Source: Amphiscolops sp. MND2022 (Eukaryota). Taken from it: 64,000 nucleotides of DNA. Positions 14,006-27,788 of this stretch are shown here, in pieces. The notes under the pieces were generated by a model that was not told the origin of the DNA, did not search any database, and saw nothing but the letters and a program-made list of their open reading frames with translations. The first letter of the stretch is position 1, and each line of letters opens with the position of its first letter. The stretch spans positions 68,698,001 through 68,762,000 of the forward strand of contig OZ076409.1 in NCBI GenBank assembly GCA_964187785.1. The letters run 5' to 3'. The position numbers and the translations under genes are program-made.

Positions 14006-15580
14006 ATGGCTTCGGTGGAATGGGAAAACATTTCTTCAACTCTGAATCTTGAGGAGGAAAACTTGGAACCAGGATGGTTTGAGAAGACAGAAAGGTTTCT
14101 TTGGATTCCTGCCCAGGTTTTGATAATCTGCGAGCTGCTGATTGGATTATCTGGACTCGTTTTCAATTACTTCGTGCTGGATGTTTCCAAAAGGAACCCA
14201 CAACAGAACTCTGGATCATTCTGGATGGGCCACGTTGCAACTTGGGATACCCTGTCTCTGGTTTTGATGATACCTCAAATCATTGCCACACTTTTTTTCA
14301 AACAAGATTTACGAACTCTGGGAGGCCCAGTTTGTAAGATTATTCCCTACGTCTGGTGGGCTGTCTCCATGAACACAAACGCCCATATGGTGGGAATGGC
14401 TGTAGATCGGGCACTCAACATTTCATTCCCTGATTGGCATTTCCCAAAATCCTGGAAAAAGATAATCCCAAAGATCTCGATAGGATTGACTGTGCTTCAT
14501 TTCGCTCTGGTCATTCCAAACCTGGTTTTCTTCGAGCTTGAAGACTCGGTTTGTGAAATGAGATCACGTCACACTGCTATAATGAGAGTTTATCAAGTCT
14601 TTGTGTCAATAATGGTCAGGTGTGTTGGAAATACAGTTGCAACTGCAGTTGCTAGTTTGGTTTTTATTCGGAAACTGCGCGAAAGACGTACCCCGAAAGT
14701 TTCCACCAAACCAGAACAAAAACAAGCAACCGAGATAAACGCAGATTCAGTTGGGGACACGAAAAAGAAGAAAAATTCTGATCGCGAGGAAACAAAAACC
14801 AAATCCAATACGAATGAAACCCGAAATTTGGATGAAACAGATGAGCCAGTGGAGTCATATCAAACTGACTTCATCTATTGTGGACCCAACAACTCTATCC
14901 CAACGAACTTTGTGGGAGCACGTAAAGGGGGAGAAGTTTGCATTGAAATGAAAGCAATTGTCAGCAAAAATTCAAATGGTGGTAACACAAATGGCATGAA
15001 GTTTGGGGTCAGCAACCAAAGTTTCCAGGAAACTGAGTTTGGCGGAACTGACAGAGAGCAAACATCGAGCAATATCGAAGCCGACGGTGACGTCACAATT
15101 GACGTTGAGCTTACAAAGTCACGTGACCAAGCCACTAGCAGCCAAAGCAATACTGCAATGACATCATCACGGGACGTAATGGATTTGAAAAGCAAACTAG
15201 CTGGCTCTGAAACGATAAAGATTTCCAACTCCAATCCTGTTGTTTTGGATCACGGTGTTGGCAAAAATGAGACCAACACTGACAAAAAAGAGAACAAAAA
15301 GAAGGAAAAAGTTGCGCCAGTTTTCAGCCCAGAAGACATCACAGCGATTCGAACCTTGTATTACGTCAGCCTCTTCTTCTTGTGCACCAATTCCACGTCG
15401 ACGGTTCTGTTCATGCTGAAGGAAAGCATCTTCAATTCTGAGTCGCCAGCAGCGCTAAAAAGTTTCCTGGAAAACTTGGCAGGTGTGTTAATTGTGAGCA
15501 ATCACGCCTTCAACTTTTTCTTCTACCTCAGGGGGAGATGTTTCAAAGAAACTTTCAAGGCACGGTGGATCAATCACTGA
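14006..15580 (+). CDS. Intronless class A (rhodopsin-like) GPCR, orphan/peptide-receptor-like, 524 aa, with very long ICL3
   Basis: Seven hydrophobic segments; TM1 GLVFN; TM2 ATWD; TM3 Cys (PVCKI) and AVDRA (DRY-like); ECL2 Cys (SVCEM); TM7 NHAFNFFFY (NFxxY variant); N-terminal NIS glycosylation sequon. Confidence 0.88.
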   Translation: MASVEWENISSTLNLEEENLEPGWFEKTERFLWIPAQVLIICELLIGLSGLVFNYFVLDVSKRNPQQNSGSFWMGHVATWDTLSLVLMIPQIIATLFFKQDLRTLGGPVCKIIPYVWWAVSMNTNAHMVGMAVDRALNISFPDWHFPKSWKKIIPKISIGLTVLHFALVIPNLVFFELEDSVCEMRSRHTAIMRVYQVFVSIMVRCVGNTVATAVASLVFIRKLRERRTPKVSTKPEQKQATEINADSVGDTKKKKNSDREETKTKSNTNETRNLDETDEPVESYQTDFIYCGPNNSIPTNFVGARKGGEVCIEMKAIVSKNSNGGNTNGMKFGVSNQSFQETEFGGTDREQTSSNIEADGDVTIDVELTKSRDQATSSQSNTAMTSSRDVMDLKSKLAGSETIKISNSNPVVLDHGVGKNETNTDKKENKKKEKVAPVFSPEDITAIRTLYYVSLFFLCTNSTSTVLFMLKESIFNSESPAALKSFLENLAGVLIVSNHAFNFFFYLRGRCFKETFKARWINH

Positions 15581-15871
15581 AAACGGAATGGACCCGGACT
15601 GGCAATCCACTCTACTACCTACTACCCCCCCCCAAAAAAAAAAAAATCCTTTTAAAAACTGAATCCTAAACAAATGAATTTTAATTGAAAATATCTTTCA
15701 GTATTTTCTCAAGCTAACGATATTATTTTGCATTATTTTAATGACGTCACATTGATACATTCTTGCAATCACCTACTACGTTTTCCATATTTTTCAATGT
15801 TTCGACAAATCGCGACACGTGCGTGGGAGAAGGGATGGACAAAGAGCCTAACATGCTACACTACTTACCAC

Positions 15872-16251
15872 CAGGGTTGTAAAAAATATATATTTATATT
15901 TAAATATATTTATATTTTTAAATAAATATATTTATTTTTCGACTCAAACAAATAAAATACAATATTTTAAATGTTGAATAATTTTTAGAAATGTTTTGCA
16001 TAGCAATGCTTACACAATTTACACAGAAATGCTGACGATCAAAGAAAGCGAGTGTTGCCAATGCATTTCGAACAACAAGTCTTCCTATTTGCTAACAAAC
16101 GTTTATGGAACATTAAAAATGTGGACAACGTTGATGCTAAAATTGGATGAATATATTTTTTTACAATGAAAATACCTATTTTTTGAGGAAGTCATATTCA
16201 TAAAAGTATTTTTCTTCCAAAATATATTTAAATTTATTTTTTACAACCCTG
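15872..16251. mobile_element. hAT-like MITE
   Basis: TIRs cagggttgtaaaaaata / tattttttacaaccctg; 8-bp TSD cttaccac / cgtaccac (7/8 match). Confidence 0.75.
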
Positions 16252-16269
16252 CGTACCACTGACCATTGG

Positions 16270-17775
16270 CGGAAACTATTTCGGATCTGCAGCTGTTTCT
16301 ACCGATTCACGGTATACTGAATCAGCCTTCGAAAACAACTCGAACTGATTTTTTAACAACTCATGCATGTTCATTTCTTTCCCCTAATTTTGAATAACCC
16401 GAACCTGTTAATAGACCGAATGTGTTATACACCATTGGTTGGACAAATGAGAATAAATATTTTTATTAGGATTTTTAATGTAATTATGATGACAATTTTC
16501 ATTAATTCATGCGATGTCACATGAGAGCATTTCCTAGGTAATGGGCCAGTAGCAGAATGTAAAAGTATCTTTCTTGGTGCTTTCGAGGGGAAGTTTAAAC
16601 GATTGCTTTATTGAAATTTTACCTATTTTCACATCCAGTCTCCAAAATCTCCAGCTCTTCGTGAAGTATATCAACTTTGGCAGGTAACCGTTTTCCGCAA
16701 CTCTTAGGGTTGATAAGCACAATTGCGTAAGTGTTTAACACTAGTGTTTCCAATTTTAGAAATGGAATTGTTACTTTTTGTACTCATTACTTGACTCAAT
16801 CCATCAGATCGCGCAGAGTTTCAGGTTTTCGGTGGTTTACTTCCAAAATTCCGTGTCCTCAAGACCAAAATCAAAGGGATTCCAGTCGGTACTTTATGGT
16901 GGCCAGTTGAGCCCGGTTCAAGAAGAGAACAACAACTGTCCAAATTTGGTTTAATTTTCCCCATCATAAGATTGATCGTGGTATGGTGCTTTGTCTAATC
17001 GTGCATAATTAGCTAACTGTAGGTAGCTTTGAGGAGACCATCAGAAAAAGAAACTCTATTGGAAAAACTTCGTCTCTTGTTTAACCGATCCATATAAAAA
17101 AGTTGCGAAATAAAAATAACAGATTTATTTTTCGGCTCTGTGCGACGTTTTACGAAAATTTGTTTCGTTTCTTCAGAGGTTCGTTGCTTCGGTTTTTGTT
17201 GTATTTATTTTATAAAACGCGTTTTACTAGCCTAAAGAGCCGAATATTTGGTAATTTTGGCACTGTGCAACATTTTCGAAAACAAAACGTTTTCCGGAAA
17301 AAATCACAATATCGAGTTTTTGTTATATTGAAAGTTATGAAAAAGTCTTTTCTTGAACCTGAATGGTCCCCTTTGGAAATTTTCTGTTGTAACAGTATAC
17401 GAAAAATGTCGTGGAGCCACCGCGCTTTTCTATCTGATATAGTATCAGCAAATCAGCTACAGCGCTTTTTTAAATCTAAGACAGCTTTTATAGTTTATAT
17501 TTTAAAAAAATACATTTTGACGCCACTCAGATTCGTACGAACGGAAACAATTTCGGATCTGCAGCTGTTTCTATCGATGTACGGTACACTGAATCAGCCT
17601 TCGAAAACAACTCGAACTGATTTTTTAACTACTCCTCGTGCATGTTCATTTCTTTCCCCTATTTTCGAATAACCCGAACGTGTTTATTGACCGAATGTAT
17701 TATATACCGGACAAATGTGAATAAATATTTTTATTAGGAATTTTAATGTAATTCTGATGACAATTTTCATTAATT
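16270..17775 (+). repeat. Two dispersed direct copies of a ~235-bp repeat (about 16270-16506 and 17541-17775)
   Basis: cggaaac.atttcggatctgcagctgtttcta...gacaattttcattaatt is present twice with high similarity. Confidence 0.8.
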
Positions 17776-19294
17776 ATTTTCGAACCCCACCAACATTTGG
17801 GTTTTCTGGCATTCTGCAACAATAATTTTTCCTTTCGCCAATGAGTCCACTATACAGTTTTTTGACAATGGGCTATATAGTTTTGGCACTGTCTTCACGA
17901 TTTTTAGCAGTGAGATAACCCTTGAGCATATACAAGAGACATACGTACAAGAGGCATTACGTACGTAACTCAACGAAGACCAGTAGAATGAGACGCAATG
18001 AGTTGTGTTTGATAAACTAAAAGTTTTTCCAAAAATATGTTGCACAGTGTCGAAGTAGAAAGCTTTGTCTACTTTTGCCAGAAAAAAGTCGTGTAAAAAG
18101 CAGACCACTCAGTTTTAGTCCTGTCGTATAACAGAGAAACGTGCCCTTGTAATTTGTCAGATAGTGAACGAAAGATCACAGAGCTGCCTGGCACGAAAGT
18201 GTATATTTAGTCGCCGCTTTCTAAAGGAAAAATGTCAGACTCTTACACTGACCTTTTTTTATTCAGACCACAGACCTCACACTGATAGGTCCACTTCAGC
18301 TCCTGGAACCACTAAAGCCAAGTCCAGCTAATGCAAACTTTGCGCAAAACGTCCCTCTTTCATGTTTTACTTTTTTAAGGAAACCTACAAATCCGGACGA
18401 GACTAAAGGTTCCTCCTTTCAATTTTTTTCGGCACTTCGTGACTTTTTCCTCCAAAAATGTTTTTTCTTTGTTCCCAGTTGGCAAAAAATGTGTTTCCGA
18501 GCCTTGTCGAGCTTGAAAGGCGCCCTTTGGGTGTCTCAAAATTGCTCTCAGAGCTCTTCATAAATTCATCCTGGGCATATGATAAATTTTTGTACTTTTT
18601 GAGCCTTAGATATAGCGCCGACGTTACACTGAGCTGTTAAAAATGTAGATGGTTGTAGTTCTTATTTCTTTTATCGAGCACATAAGAATCCTAAGATTCT
18701 TAACAGCAAAATCGTCTGAGGTACCAAGTTCACTGACTAGCTAGCTTCTTCCAATATCTCTGAGATCTGAGATCTCAGTTGGGTACTTCTTTCAGATAGA
18801 AACCGTTCTTCAGTTGAGATTCTAAGTTTCTTCGAGTAGATACATTCTACAAAATCATCAATGATTATAATTAGTTATATTGACATTCTAATTAATCAAA
18901 AGCGACAACAGTTAGATGGTTTACTAATTATATTGTCACAAAGTATTAATTAAGTTATCTTCAAGTGTCAGCAATCTAGTCAACTTCACTTAACTACGAA
19001 ATGAAGTGACATATGTTTTTCTAAAGTTGGGTGATTTCAAGTTTAAATAGATATTTGAAAGTTCTTGAGGACATGCATCATGGCATTACAACACGTTCTC
19101 GTCATGTTTTGCTCGCTCTAACAAGGTAACAGCGTTCGTTAACGCAGCTACCATAAAGCTCAGCACCTCATGAAAATCTGGAAATGAGCAATGTTCTTGG
19201 CTATTGACCTTTTTCGCTTCAATTTGTATGAACTTTGACATATGTTTAACAAATTGTATCAGAAGATAATGAAAGATGATCGAAAGATAAGATA

Positions 19295-19823
19295 ACAAGC
19301 CGGGAACGACCAAAGTTGGCGCTATATCTAAGGCTCAAAATTGTAAGAAGGGGATCCTTTGGGCTTGGCGAAACTCCAGTTGGTTGCAAAATATGAAAAA
19401 AATTAATGGGGGCCCTCGGGAGATTTTCAAAATTTCCAAAAATTTTTTTAAAATGAGATTTTTGAACAGTGTCAGTCTCGAAAATTATGAAACGGGGGAT
19501 ACTTTGGGATTTTTTGACATCCATTGTGTTGCAAAGTAGCGAAACAAACGAAGGGGTCATCCTTTCTTGGAATCTAAAAAAGTTCAAAAAAAGTCGCATA
19601 GTGCCGAAACAAATCCGAGTGAAAACACCAAAAGGGGGTCCTATGTTTTCGAGGCTCTGGACGTCGATGTTTTTGTTTTGGACGAGGTCCTGGCGTTTCG
19701 AGTATGTTTTGGACGTCCGTAGTTCACGTTGATGAATTAAAGATTGGAGCGATCGCGTTGAACTGACGAAAACAAATAACCACAATAAGAGTCGTGCATT
19801 TTCTCTGAAAACGCCGACTAAAA
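19295..19823 (+). mobile_element. Non-autonomous Helentron-type (HINE-like) element; copy of an abundant family
   Basis: Starts aacaagccgggaacgac..aagttggcgctatatctaaggctc and ends aaaacgccgactaaaa. The same family occurs at ~18400-18622, 21530-22205, 23080-23450, 36250-37620, 39520-40175, 57845-58275 and 63716 onward. Confidence 0.6.
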
Positions 19824-20456
19824 ATGGCGAAGAAATTTTCCCTCAGCAGAAATACCTCAACTCAGAACTGATGAAACTCGAAGATTACATAAAAACCTAG
19901 TTTTGTTCAACTGTTTTCGATGGTACAGGATCTGACAAGAATGTGTACACAGTTGAAACTTTAGACCAACAGTAGCACCCAATTTTAACATTTTCCAAGG
20001 ATATTTCTTCAATTCAAAACTGATACAATGCGTTCAGGATAAAAAGTCGAAAAATCTCACAGTGCCGAAAACAAATTGAAAAGGGGGACCCTTTTTTATC
20101 GTCCGGTTTTGTAATGTTACGCTAAGAAAGGAAAAACTGTCACAACCCCACTGTTGTGTTGGAGCCATGGGGCAACTCGTAAGGAAACTAGAAACTGCCA
20201 AACCCGATTTTTAGCAGATTATCAACTTAACTTGTTCAACAAGGACTATAAACTAATCCCCCTAACATCATAACTTAGTCATGTAATTTCATATTTGTTG
20301 TTCTTATTTCAAACTGAGTTCTGTTTTACATTGTTATACATTTGAAGTATTAGAAGCGTAAAGTTCATTCATCATTAGATACTGATCTGACTCATAATTC
20401 TTGTTCACACAGTTTGTTAGAGCTAAATTTATGCTAATATGTGGAACTTGAACAAA

Positions 20457-20661
20457 TTATACGTCACTATGCGGATCGAGGTGTGACGACTATACGTCAC
20501 TATGCGGATCGAGGTGTGACGACTATACGGCAGTATGCGATCGAGTAAAGGCGAGTATGCGGCAGTATGCGGATTACAGATGAAGAGTATGCGGCAGTAT
20601 GCGGATCGAGTAAAGACGAGTATGCGGCAGTATGCGGATTACAGATGAAGGGTATGCGGCA
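20457..20661. repeat. ~30-33-bp minisatellite within the putative LTR
   Basis: tatacgtcactatgcggatcgaggtgtgacgac x2, followed by several gagtatgcggcagtatgcggat-type units. Confidence 0.85.
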
Positions 20662-20811
20662 TCCTGCTGTTCGAGCAGTGACGTATCTTCGTCATTATGA
20701 GTTTTTACCTGGATTAGCTATATAAAGTAACTACGTGATTCTCGGCTATTGGATAACTTTTGAAATACATTTCATATGACATTTAGTGCTATTTCTAGGG
20801 TTCTACCATTC

Positions 20812-21011
20812 NNNNNNNNNNNNNNNNNNNNNNNNNNNNNNNNNNNNNNNNNNNNNNNNNNNNNNNNNNNNNNNNNNNNNNNNNNNNNNNNNNNNNNNNN
20901 NNNNNNNNNNNNNNNNNNNNNNNNNNNNNNNNNNNNNNNNNNNNNNNNNNNNNNNNNNNNNNNNNNNNNNNNNNNNNNNNNNNNNNNNNNNNNNNNNNNN
21001 NNNNNNNNNNN
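20812..21011. other. Assembly gap (200 N)
   Basis: Run of n characters. Confidence 0.99.
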
Positions 21012-24000
21012 CATTGTATTTTCTGAGGAATGACTTTAGGGAAAAGGAGTGTCATGATATCATTTTTGGAGCTATTTTGCTGTAATTTAAAAAACCCGGA
21101 TCATAAACAAAAACTACTTTCATCAAGTGCAGTCGTTTCACGAATTGACTTCTTTTCATAACTGCAAATCCTTCGTACCGTCAGTTTCATACTCTCTAAT
21201 TTGATTTCCTTGAATTTGCTAGACAATTCAAATTCTTCCCCAAAAAGCCAGAACCTATTTTCTGTTGAGCAAAGATGGGAAAAGAAGAAACAGGAGACAA
21301 GTGAAATTGAAAAAGACATTCGGGATCCAAAAATGAGAGGTCTATAGGAGTTCGCACATCTAATAACAAAATTCCAGAATCAGAAAACGACGATAATCCT
21401 CTCAGAGCTTCAAAAATGAAAGGTTCGAAACATCCAGCCAAATCATTGTACCAAAACGAACTGAACTTAGAAGACGGAATAATAGCTTCAGAAGAGGATT
21501 ATCACAACAACTGTTTCAGTTTCCTGGCAACGTCTCAAGTCGGCGCTGTATGTAAGGCTCAAAAAACTCAATGTTTCTGAAATATGGCCAGAACGTTATG
21601 AAAAATTCTATTGACGAAACCTAATATCAGGCGAAAAATGAGAAATTTGAAAGTCTCGTAGTGCCAAAAAAGGTGCCAGGGATGACACTTTGGTCTCGTC
21701 CGGTTTTGAATGTTACGTTACACAGAGGCGAAGCGGTGCTTCGCAACACATGACGAAGACATCGATTATTTTAATATGCGTTTATATATTATTTTAATCG
21801 CATGCGTATATATTCAACAGTTCAACTTTGTTCAATAACGTCCCTATGGCACAGTGGTCAACACTTATGTCGTGCAATCGGGAGGCTGCAGGTTCGAATC
21901 TCTCTGGGGTTTTGGGTTTTTTCTAAAAGGCGCTCATTATGAAGTTGACTATAGTGGAAAAAAACTTACTTAGCTGGACTGCAATGCACATTGACTTCGT
22001 CATGTGCAATAAAAATAAAAAAGAAAATGAAAAGGGGTCCCATTGCAATAACTTGGATGCGTTTCCCAGGTATTCGTATAGTTGAACAAACTGAACAAAC
22101 TAAAATTTCGTTGAATTCGAGCCTGTCTTGAAGAAAAACAAAAAAAAGAAAAAAATCAAGCGACTGTATTAGTCGGGCGTTTTTCATATAAAAGCGCCAA
22201 CTAAAAACCTAAAAACAAATCAGCCTAGGCATGAATCCAATACCCATATCGTATATAGTAAAACGTAGAAAAATTCCAAAAATAGGCCTCTGTCAGAGTT
22301 CTAGAGAAACGAAAAATTTTAGTTTCATCACAGTAAATGTCTTCTCCAACTTCTGCCAATAGCAACTAGAAGCGCGGTTGGAAAGCTGGAAAACATTTTC
22401 CACCAAATTCTAACGGTTTAACGCAAATTTCTATGCCCTGTGGCAGGATCTGGGAAGTAGGAGTGCGTGCATTTGAGCCTTATCTTTTGAACCATGTTTA
22501 AACCTTATTTGAACCTTAATTTTTCAGCGTGCAAATGTAGAGAGGAGACTAAAGAGTTATCCTCTCTGGGTCTTTCCGGCTCTGTGTCTCCTTCTGAAAT
22601 TCTTAATCAAATGGTCACCCCTTTGAGCCATACAATCTTTTTGCAAGCGAGTTTTTCGAATCTCAAAGATAGATTTTGACAAGTTCGGCAGAGTGGAACT
22701 TTTGAATTTATTCGGGCGGATTTTCTGACATTTTAAAGAAATTGTTTCTCACCATATAGTTGTCTCAGCGTGGGAGTTCACAACAAACAAGGGTGGGAGC
22801 TGCTGTTATGTTCCAAGTTGAAGTGAGAGAACTTTTCTCGGATACATTTTTTTTCGTTTACTCCTTATTCAACTTCTCTTGACATGAGCATATTAGCATT
22901 CAATTTTTTTCGTTTTCAAGCTTTTGTTAAGCCATGTTAAAATTGTTTTGAGTCAGGGACGTAGATTACAAAAATGCTGCTCATCCATAATAATTACTTT
23001 TCCGAAATAGGCCACGTAAAAAGATGAGCGGAGAAATACGTACATTTAAATTGCCTTTTGAGACACGCTAGTGCAGGCTCCTGGCGCGTTAAAAGGGGAG
23101 ACGTTTTGGAGACTTTCGAAAAATTTCGAAAAAAATCAAAAAATGAGATTTTTGAATATTGTCACAGTGCCAAAAAATGTAAAAGGGGGGACCTTTTGGG
23201 ATTTTTGAACATCATTTTGTTGCAAAATATTGAAACAAATGAAGGAGGGCCCCTTTGGTGCAATCCAAAATTCTTCAAAAAAAGTCTCATAGTACCGAAA
23301 ACAATCTAGGTGAGATAGCCAAAGGGGGGATACTTAGTATGTATTCGAGGTTCTGGACGTCGGTTTTGTTTTTCGTTTTGGACGAGATTCTGAGGTTTCG
23401 AGTAGTTCAAGTTGAACAAATGAAAAAAAGTGGACCTCAGGCGTCTAAAAAACAAATCATTAGAGGCATTGTAGTTGCCAACTTCAGTGAACGTTGCCTT
23501 TTCGTTTTCAAACTATTGAGTTTTGTGTCAATTTCTTTCCCGAAGCTTTCAAAACAGTGTGCGAAAAAAAAATCTTTTAGCATATATCAAATTGCTATTC
23601 AAGTACCAACCTAACTTACGAGGTACCAGAAAAGAGGCCTCCTCTTGGATTGAAATTGAGCTCAGTGCTGACGAAACCTTTGGAAAAATATTAGGAGTGT
23701 CACTGAAGGGAAGATTTTTTATTTTCTTGAAACCAAGAGGCTAAAAAACTTTCTCATACAAAACTTGAAAAAAGTGTGTACTAAAAGCCCTACTGGACAG
23801 GCCCAGCGACCAATGCGCTTGTTCTGTTTCCGTGGAATCGTGAAGTAAAATCAGGTATGATAGCTTTTCAGTGTCACGGAAAAACTTGGGAGGCAAAATA
23901 TATTTAAAAAACTATTGATCAAGTACAAACACGGCTTCATTCTTCGACATTACCTTTTCCTTAAAGTTAATGCTGAAAGGTTGTTAGACGTACTCAAATC

Positions 24001-25741
24001 AGATCAAGATTTGAGTTTTTCGGCGCTGTGCCTTTTTGTCAAGAAATATACCAATTTGGTTTTTTTATGCCTTCAGTCGGTGAAAATTTTCTTTTGAGCC
24101 TAAAGGGCATCTTTGAGATTCAGAAGTTTTCTCAAAAGCAGTCCCGGAACATAACCAAATTAATCAGCATTGTTTGAGCCTGGGACAGGGCTCCGACTTT
24201 ATACCTTGTCGTCTTGTTAAGTTATTACAAAGGCATCAAAATCACTTCTAACTTGGAATCTTCAATACTAAGACCAATTGAATTCTGATTTCGATTAAAC
24301 TTGCTACATAAATGTGGTTGCAATTTTTCCCACACAATTTTTATGCGAAATGTTTGAGATGAAGGCTACACGGATACAGAAACTACATGAATGTGTAGTT
24401 TCATCAGAAATTCAGTTCCACTATTGCAGAAATATTTTTACAAGTGAGGTTTCAAAACCATATCCTAATTGCCAAAAATTCCGTAGCTCACTTAATTTTG
24501 CTCGTCTCTTCGTTTAAAACACGTTCAAACTAAAAACTGTTCATTGCATTATTGCGACAAATGGAGAGCAAATTGGTTAAATTTTGTACAAATAATTTGC
24601 AAACTCATAAGAAATAGTAGTTGTGAAGTTTTGAATGTACAAACAAACAATTTGATAATCATTGAATGGTGCCAACAGAAAGCGCTTTAAATTGAAGTCC
24701 TATGAGCAAAATGGAATAGGCGTGAATGGAATCATTTCTACATTTTAGATCACAATCAATATCCAAAATTGATTAGAACGATCGGTATTGATTGATTCAG
24801 CACTAGAAAATCAAAACTGAATTTGAAATTTTATGAATATCTCATCTCGTTTTAGTGGAACTCGACCGAGTAATAAAGTTGCTTCAAGGCGATAATACAC
24901 GGAAACAGGTTTCGAGAGGACAAAACTTGAAAATGAGCTGCCGATGTGTGAAGTTTTTATGACAGTTGAACTATACATATCACTCGTACTAGTGATCACT
25001 TAAGCATGATTTTGCAAAACTTGAAAGGTTTTAGATGCTGAGTCAATGGGAAGTACAGTTATACATGTACCAGTGGATAAATTAATCACTTGTACACGAT
25101 TTGGAAGAACTAAAATAAATGCTCAAAGCGTAGCTCAATAGAAGCTGGAAAGTTAAATGGATATGTTTGCAATACATTTCAAATTAAATGAAGAGGGGTT
25201 GTCGTCTGATCTTCAAGATCCGATCATTTGCTGATGTGCTGCTCGAACGTTTGGGTCGATGCCAACTCAGTCTCGGTTTTCGCTGTCACGTCTAAGGTCG
25301 TCTGTACTTCGTCTGAAACATTAAATGCCATGTTAACATATCTTCAAAAGGTTTTTAACATGTTCAAAAAAATTGAAGAGCGCTCAATACGGAAAGGTGA
25401 TGAAAAATGAAGAGAACGAGTAGCTGGTACAATTACAGCCCAAAATCCGAAACAAAACAAAACGACTAAAGTTTTTCAGAGTATTCGACTAGGTATTTCG
25501 TTACTATTTCATCGAATGACAGAAATGATGAACCAAATGAAACAGAAAAATTTAGATACTGATAATTTAAAAAAAACTTTTTATGATTCGCATTAGAGCT
25601 TAGATTATACACTACACAATTATTGTAGAAGCACAAGATATATATAAGGCTAGAAAAGTGAAGACTTTCATGCTACAACTTTCAATTGAGGAAGAACGAG
25701 AATGGAAAATGAAGAATTTAGGGTTCTAGATATGAACGTAG

Positions 25742-26181
25742 CGTGTCCGTTTAAGTTCGCCACATATAAGTTAGCCCGTAAATCTTAGCCATATTTAATT
25801 TAGCCACCATATATGTTCGCCACATACAAGTTCGCCACATTTTCGGCCAATCAAATTCGAGCATTCAAAATTACGATAACGTAGTCAGATATGTTCACAT
25901 ACCCCTAGTGCCTTAAATGCAGGAGCGAAGCGAAGCGGAGCGACGTGCCATATGGCCATGCCTCAATGTTGCTACTTGGCGAAGGGAGCGAAGCGACCGA
26001 GCCATACAACAAGTATGCTAATCGCCACTAAATATAACCAAATGAAAATAATCGCTGATATGGAATTCTTTCATTAGCTGAAATGTGGCGAAAATAAACG
26101 TGGCGATCTTATATGGTGGCTAACTTAAACGTGGCTAAGTTTTACGGGCCAACTTATACGTGGCGAACTTACAACGGCACC
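25742..26181. mobile_element. MITE with long, internally repetitive TIRs
   Basis: Arms taagttcgccac.tataagtt.gcccgtaaa.cttagcca... and their reverse complement at the right end; direct TSD gaacgtag at 25734-25741 and 26182-26189. Confidence 0.8.
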
Positions 26182-27788
26182 GAACGTAGAAATGATGTAA
26201 GCCAGGCATCATTTGATGGGTCTATTTTAAAACTAGCACCCAAGGGAAGAATCTGCGCGAGATAGTCTCAAACGAGAACGTGGTGACTATTATCGAGAAG
26301 CTTGTTAAGTGAATGATGAGCAATCTACATGTATGTCAAGCACTTTCAAGCCATTTCAAAGCGAATGATTTTGTCTTCGCTTACGAAATTCACTGCCTTG
26401 TTGAAGTTGGAATTGTCCCGAAAAGAATCCCCTGCGAAAATCATTTATCGTAAAAACTTGGTAGAGTCAAATGCAAGGATACGTTTGATATCAATGTTCT
26501 AATTCAGGTTCGGTTATTGTTTGTTGCCTTGCTTCAACACCATAGAATTAGAATTACGGAATCTATGCAGCAATTGTAAATGTAAATATGTTAGAAATGC
26601 CCCAATAGTTTCATTAAGGTGAACGACCACTAATTTGCGTTGTGCTGCAACTAAACTGTGACATCGCCAATATTGAGTGGTCGGCCGCTAATATTGAAAG
26701 CGCTAATCTGTCCCATTTCTAAACTTGTTTTCACTCTAGAATTCAATTTCTTCACTCAGAAACTCCTAAAGGACTGATGGCCCTTTTTGAATTGAAGTCA
26801 AAGTAACTTTTGCAACAACATTCCGTTGGCGGAAGAAGTGATGTTGGATGATTTGTTGCCGACCGCTAGTGAGCTTACACTAACGGTGTCAATTGAAACT
26901 ACTCTAACTACATGTGAAGGTTGGTGCGACATGCGTTTGCGTCTACTTTAATCTGACCGTTTGGGACAGAGTTTCGTTTGTCCGCAAAGGGAGCATGGCA
27001 GCTCATACGATGACGTTTCTACTTGTAGCTCCTCCACGGGGTCTTCGAAGCCTCGACACCACGAAACCGTGGAAGTGGGCTTGCTGGAATTGTTCACAAA
27101 AATATTAAATACGTTACACAAAAGGCAAACCGGCAAAGAAAGGTGCTATGAACTAGATAATGACCAGTCACTGAAACTTAGTAATAGAAGATGAGTTTCG
27201 GTATGGAAAACTGTGAAGGTTTCACATCAACTGAAGCACGCATTAAACATATTCTTTCAACGAACGCACGTGGGGTGAAAATTTTCAGGATGATAATGGT
27301 TTAGTTGAGCTTATTTGTATTTTCGATATAAACACTACATCGCTCATTTGTGATTTACAACGAAGAGCCCAATGGAAAAGCCCTATAAGTTTGGTTTAAA
27401 TATCGATCCAAAAGTTAACTTGAGAGCACGGAAAAATTCCAAGCATGTCTTATAGGCACGAAGCTAATCAACTCAAAATGCACTCAGAAAAACATCATTT
27501 CCTTTTTCATGCTGTGTCGTACGCTCACTCTAGGATGAAATATTGATGAAGTGAACATGCAACTAACCATCGAATGTCAGACAGCCTACTTTCGGTCCTG
27601 TATTGAATACTGCAACTCAAAATTGAAAATAAAACAAAAAGCGTGAAGGCATTGAAGATCTATACGATTATATAGATGATATGGTCAGTAGAAGGGAATC
27701 GCTCGCATGAAACAAGTGAGTTCGACGAAATACCCAGGTTTCATGTGAATTGGGTTATTTTACATAAACGGTCAAAAAAGTTACGTAC

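Larger units (their letters stand above)
20138..21506 (+). mobile_element. Probable solo LTR (spans the assembly gap) inserted in a HINE-family repeat
   Basis: Termini TGTCACA...TATCACA; imperfect 5-bp TSD aaaac/acaac; TATA-like ctatataaag near 20718; internal ~30-33-bp tandem repeats. Confidence 0.55.

Noticed and set aside
17103..19785. ORFs of 189 aa (17103-17672) and 179 aa (19246-19785)
   Set aside because: They overlap dispersed repeats, have non-ATG starts and show no protein motifs.
20457..20661. Short regularly spaced repeats resembling a CRISPR array
   Set aside because: Contiguous minisatellite units without unique spacers, inside a probable LTR in a eukaryotic genome.
20772..21085. 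ORFs containing X runs
   Set aside because: Artefacts of the N gap.
21846..21905. tRNA gene
   Set aside because: A and B boxes are present but I could not fold a convincing acceptor stem, and it lies within a dispersed repeat, so it is treated as tRNA-derived.
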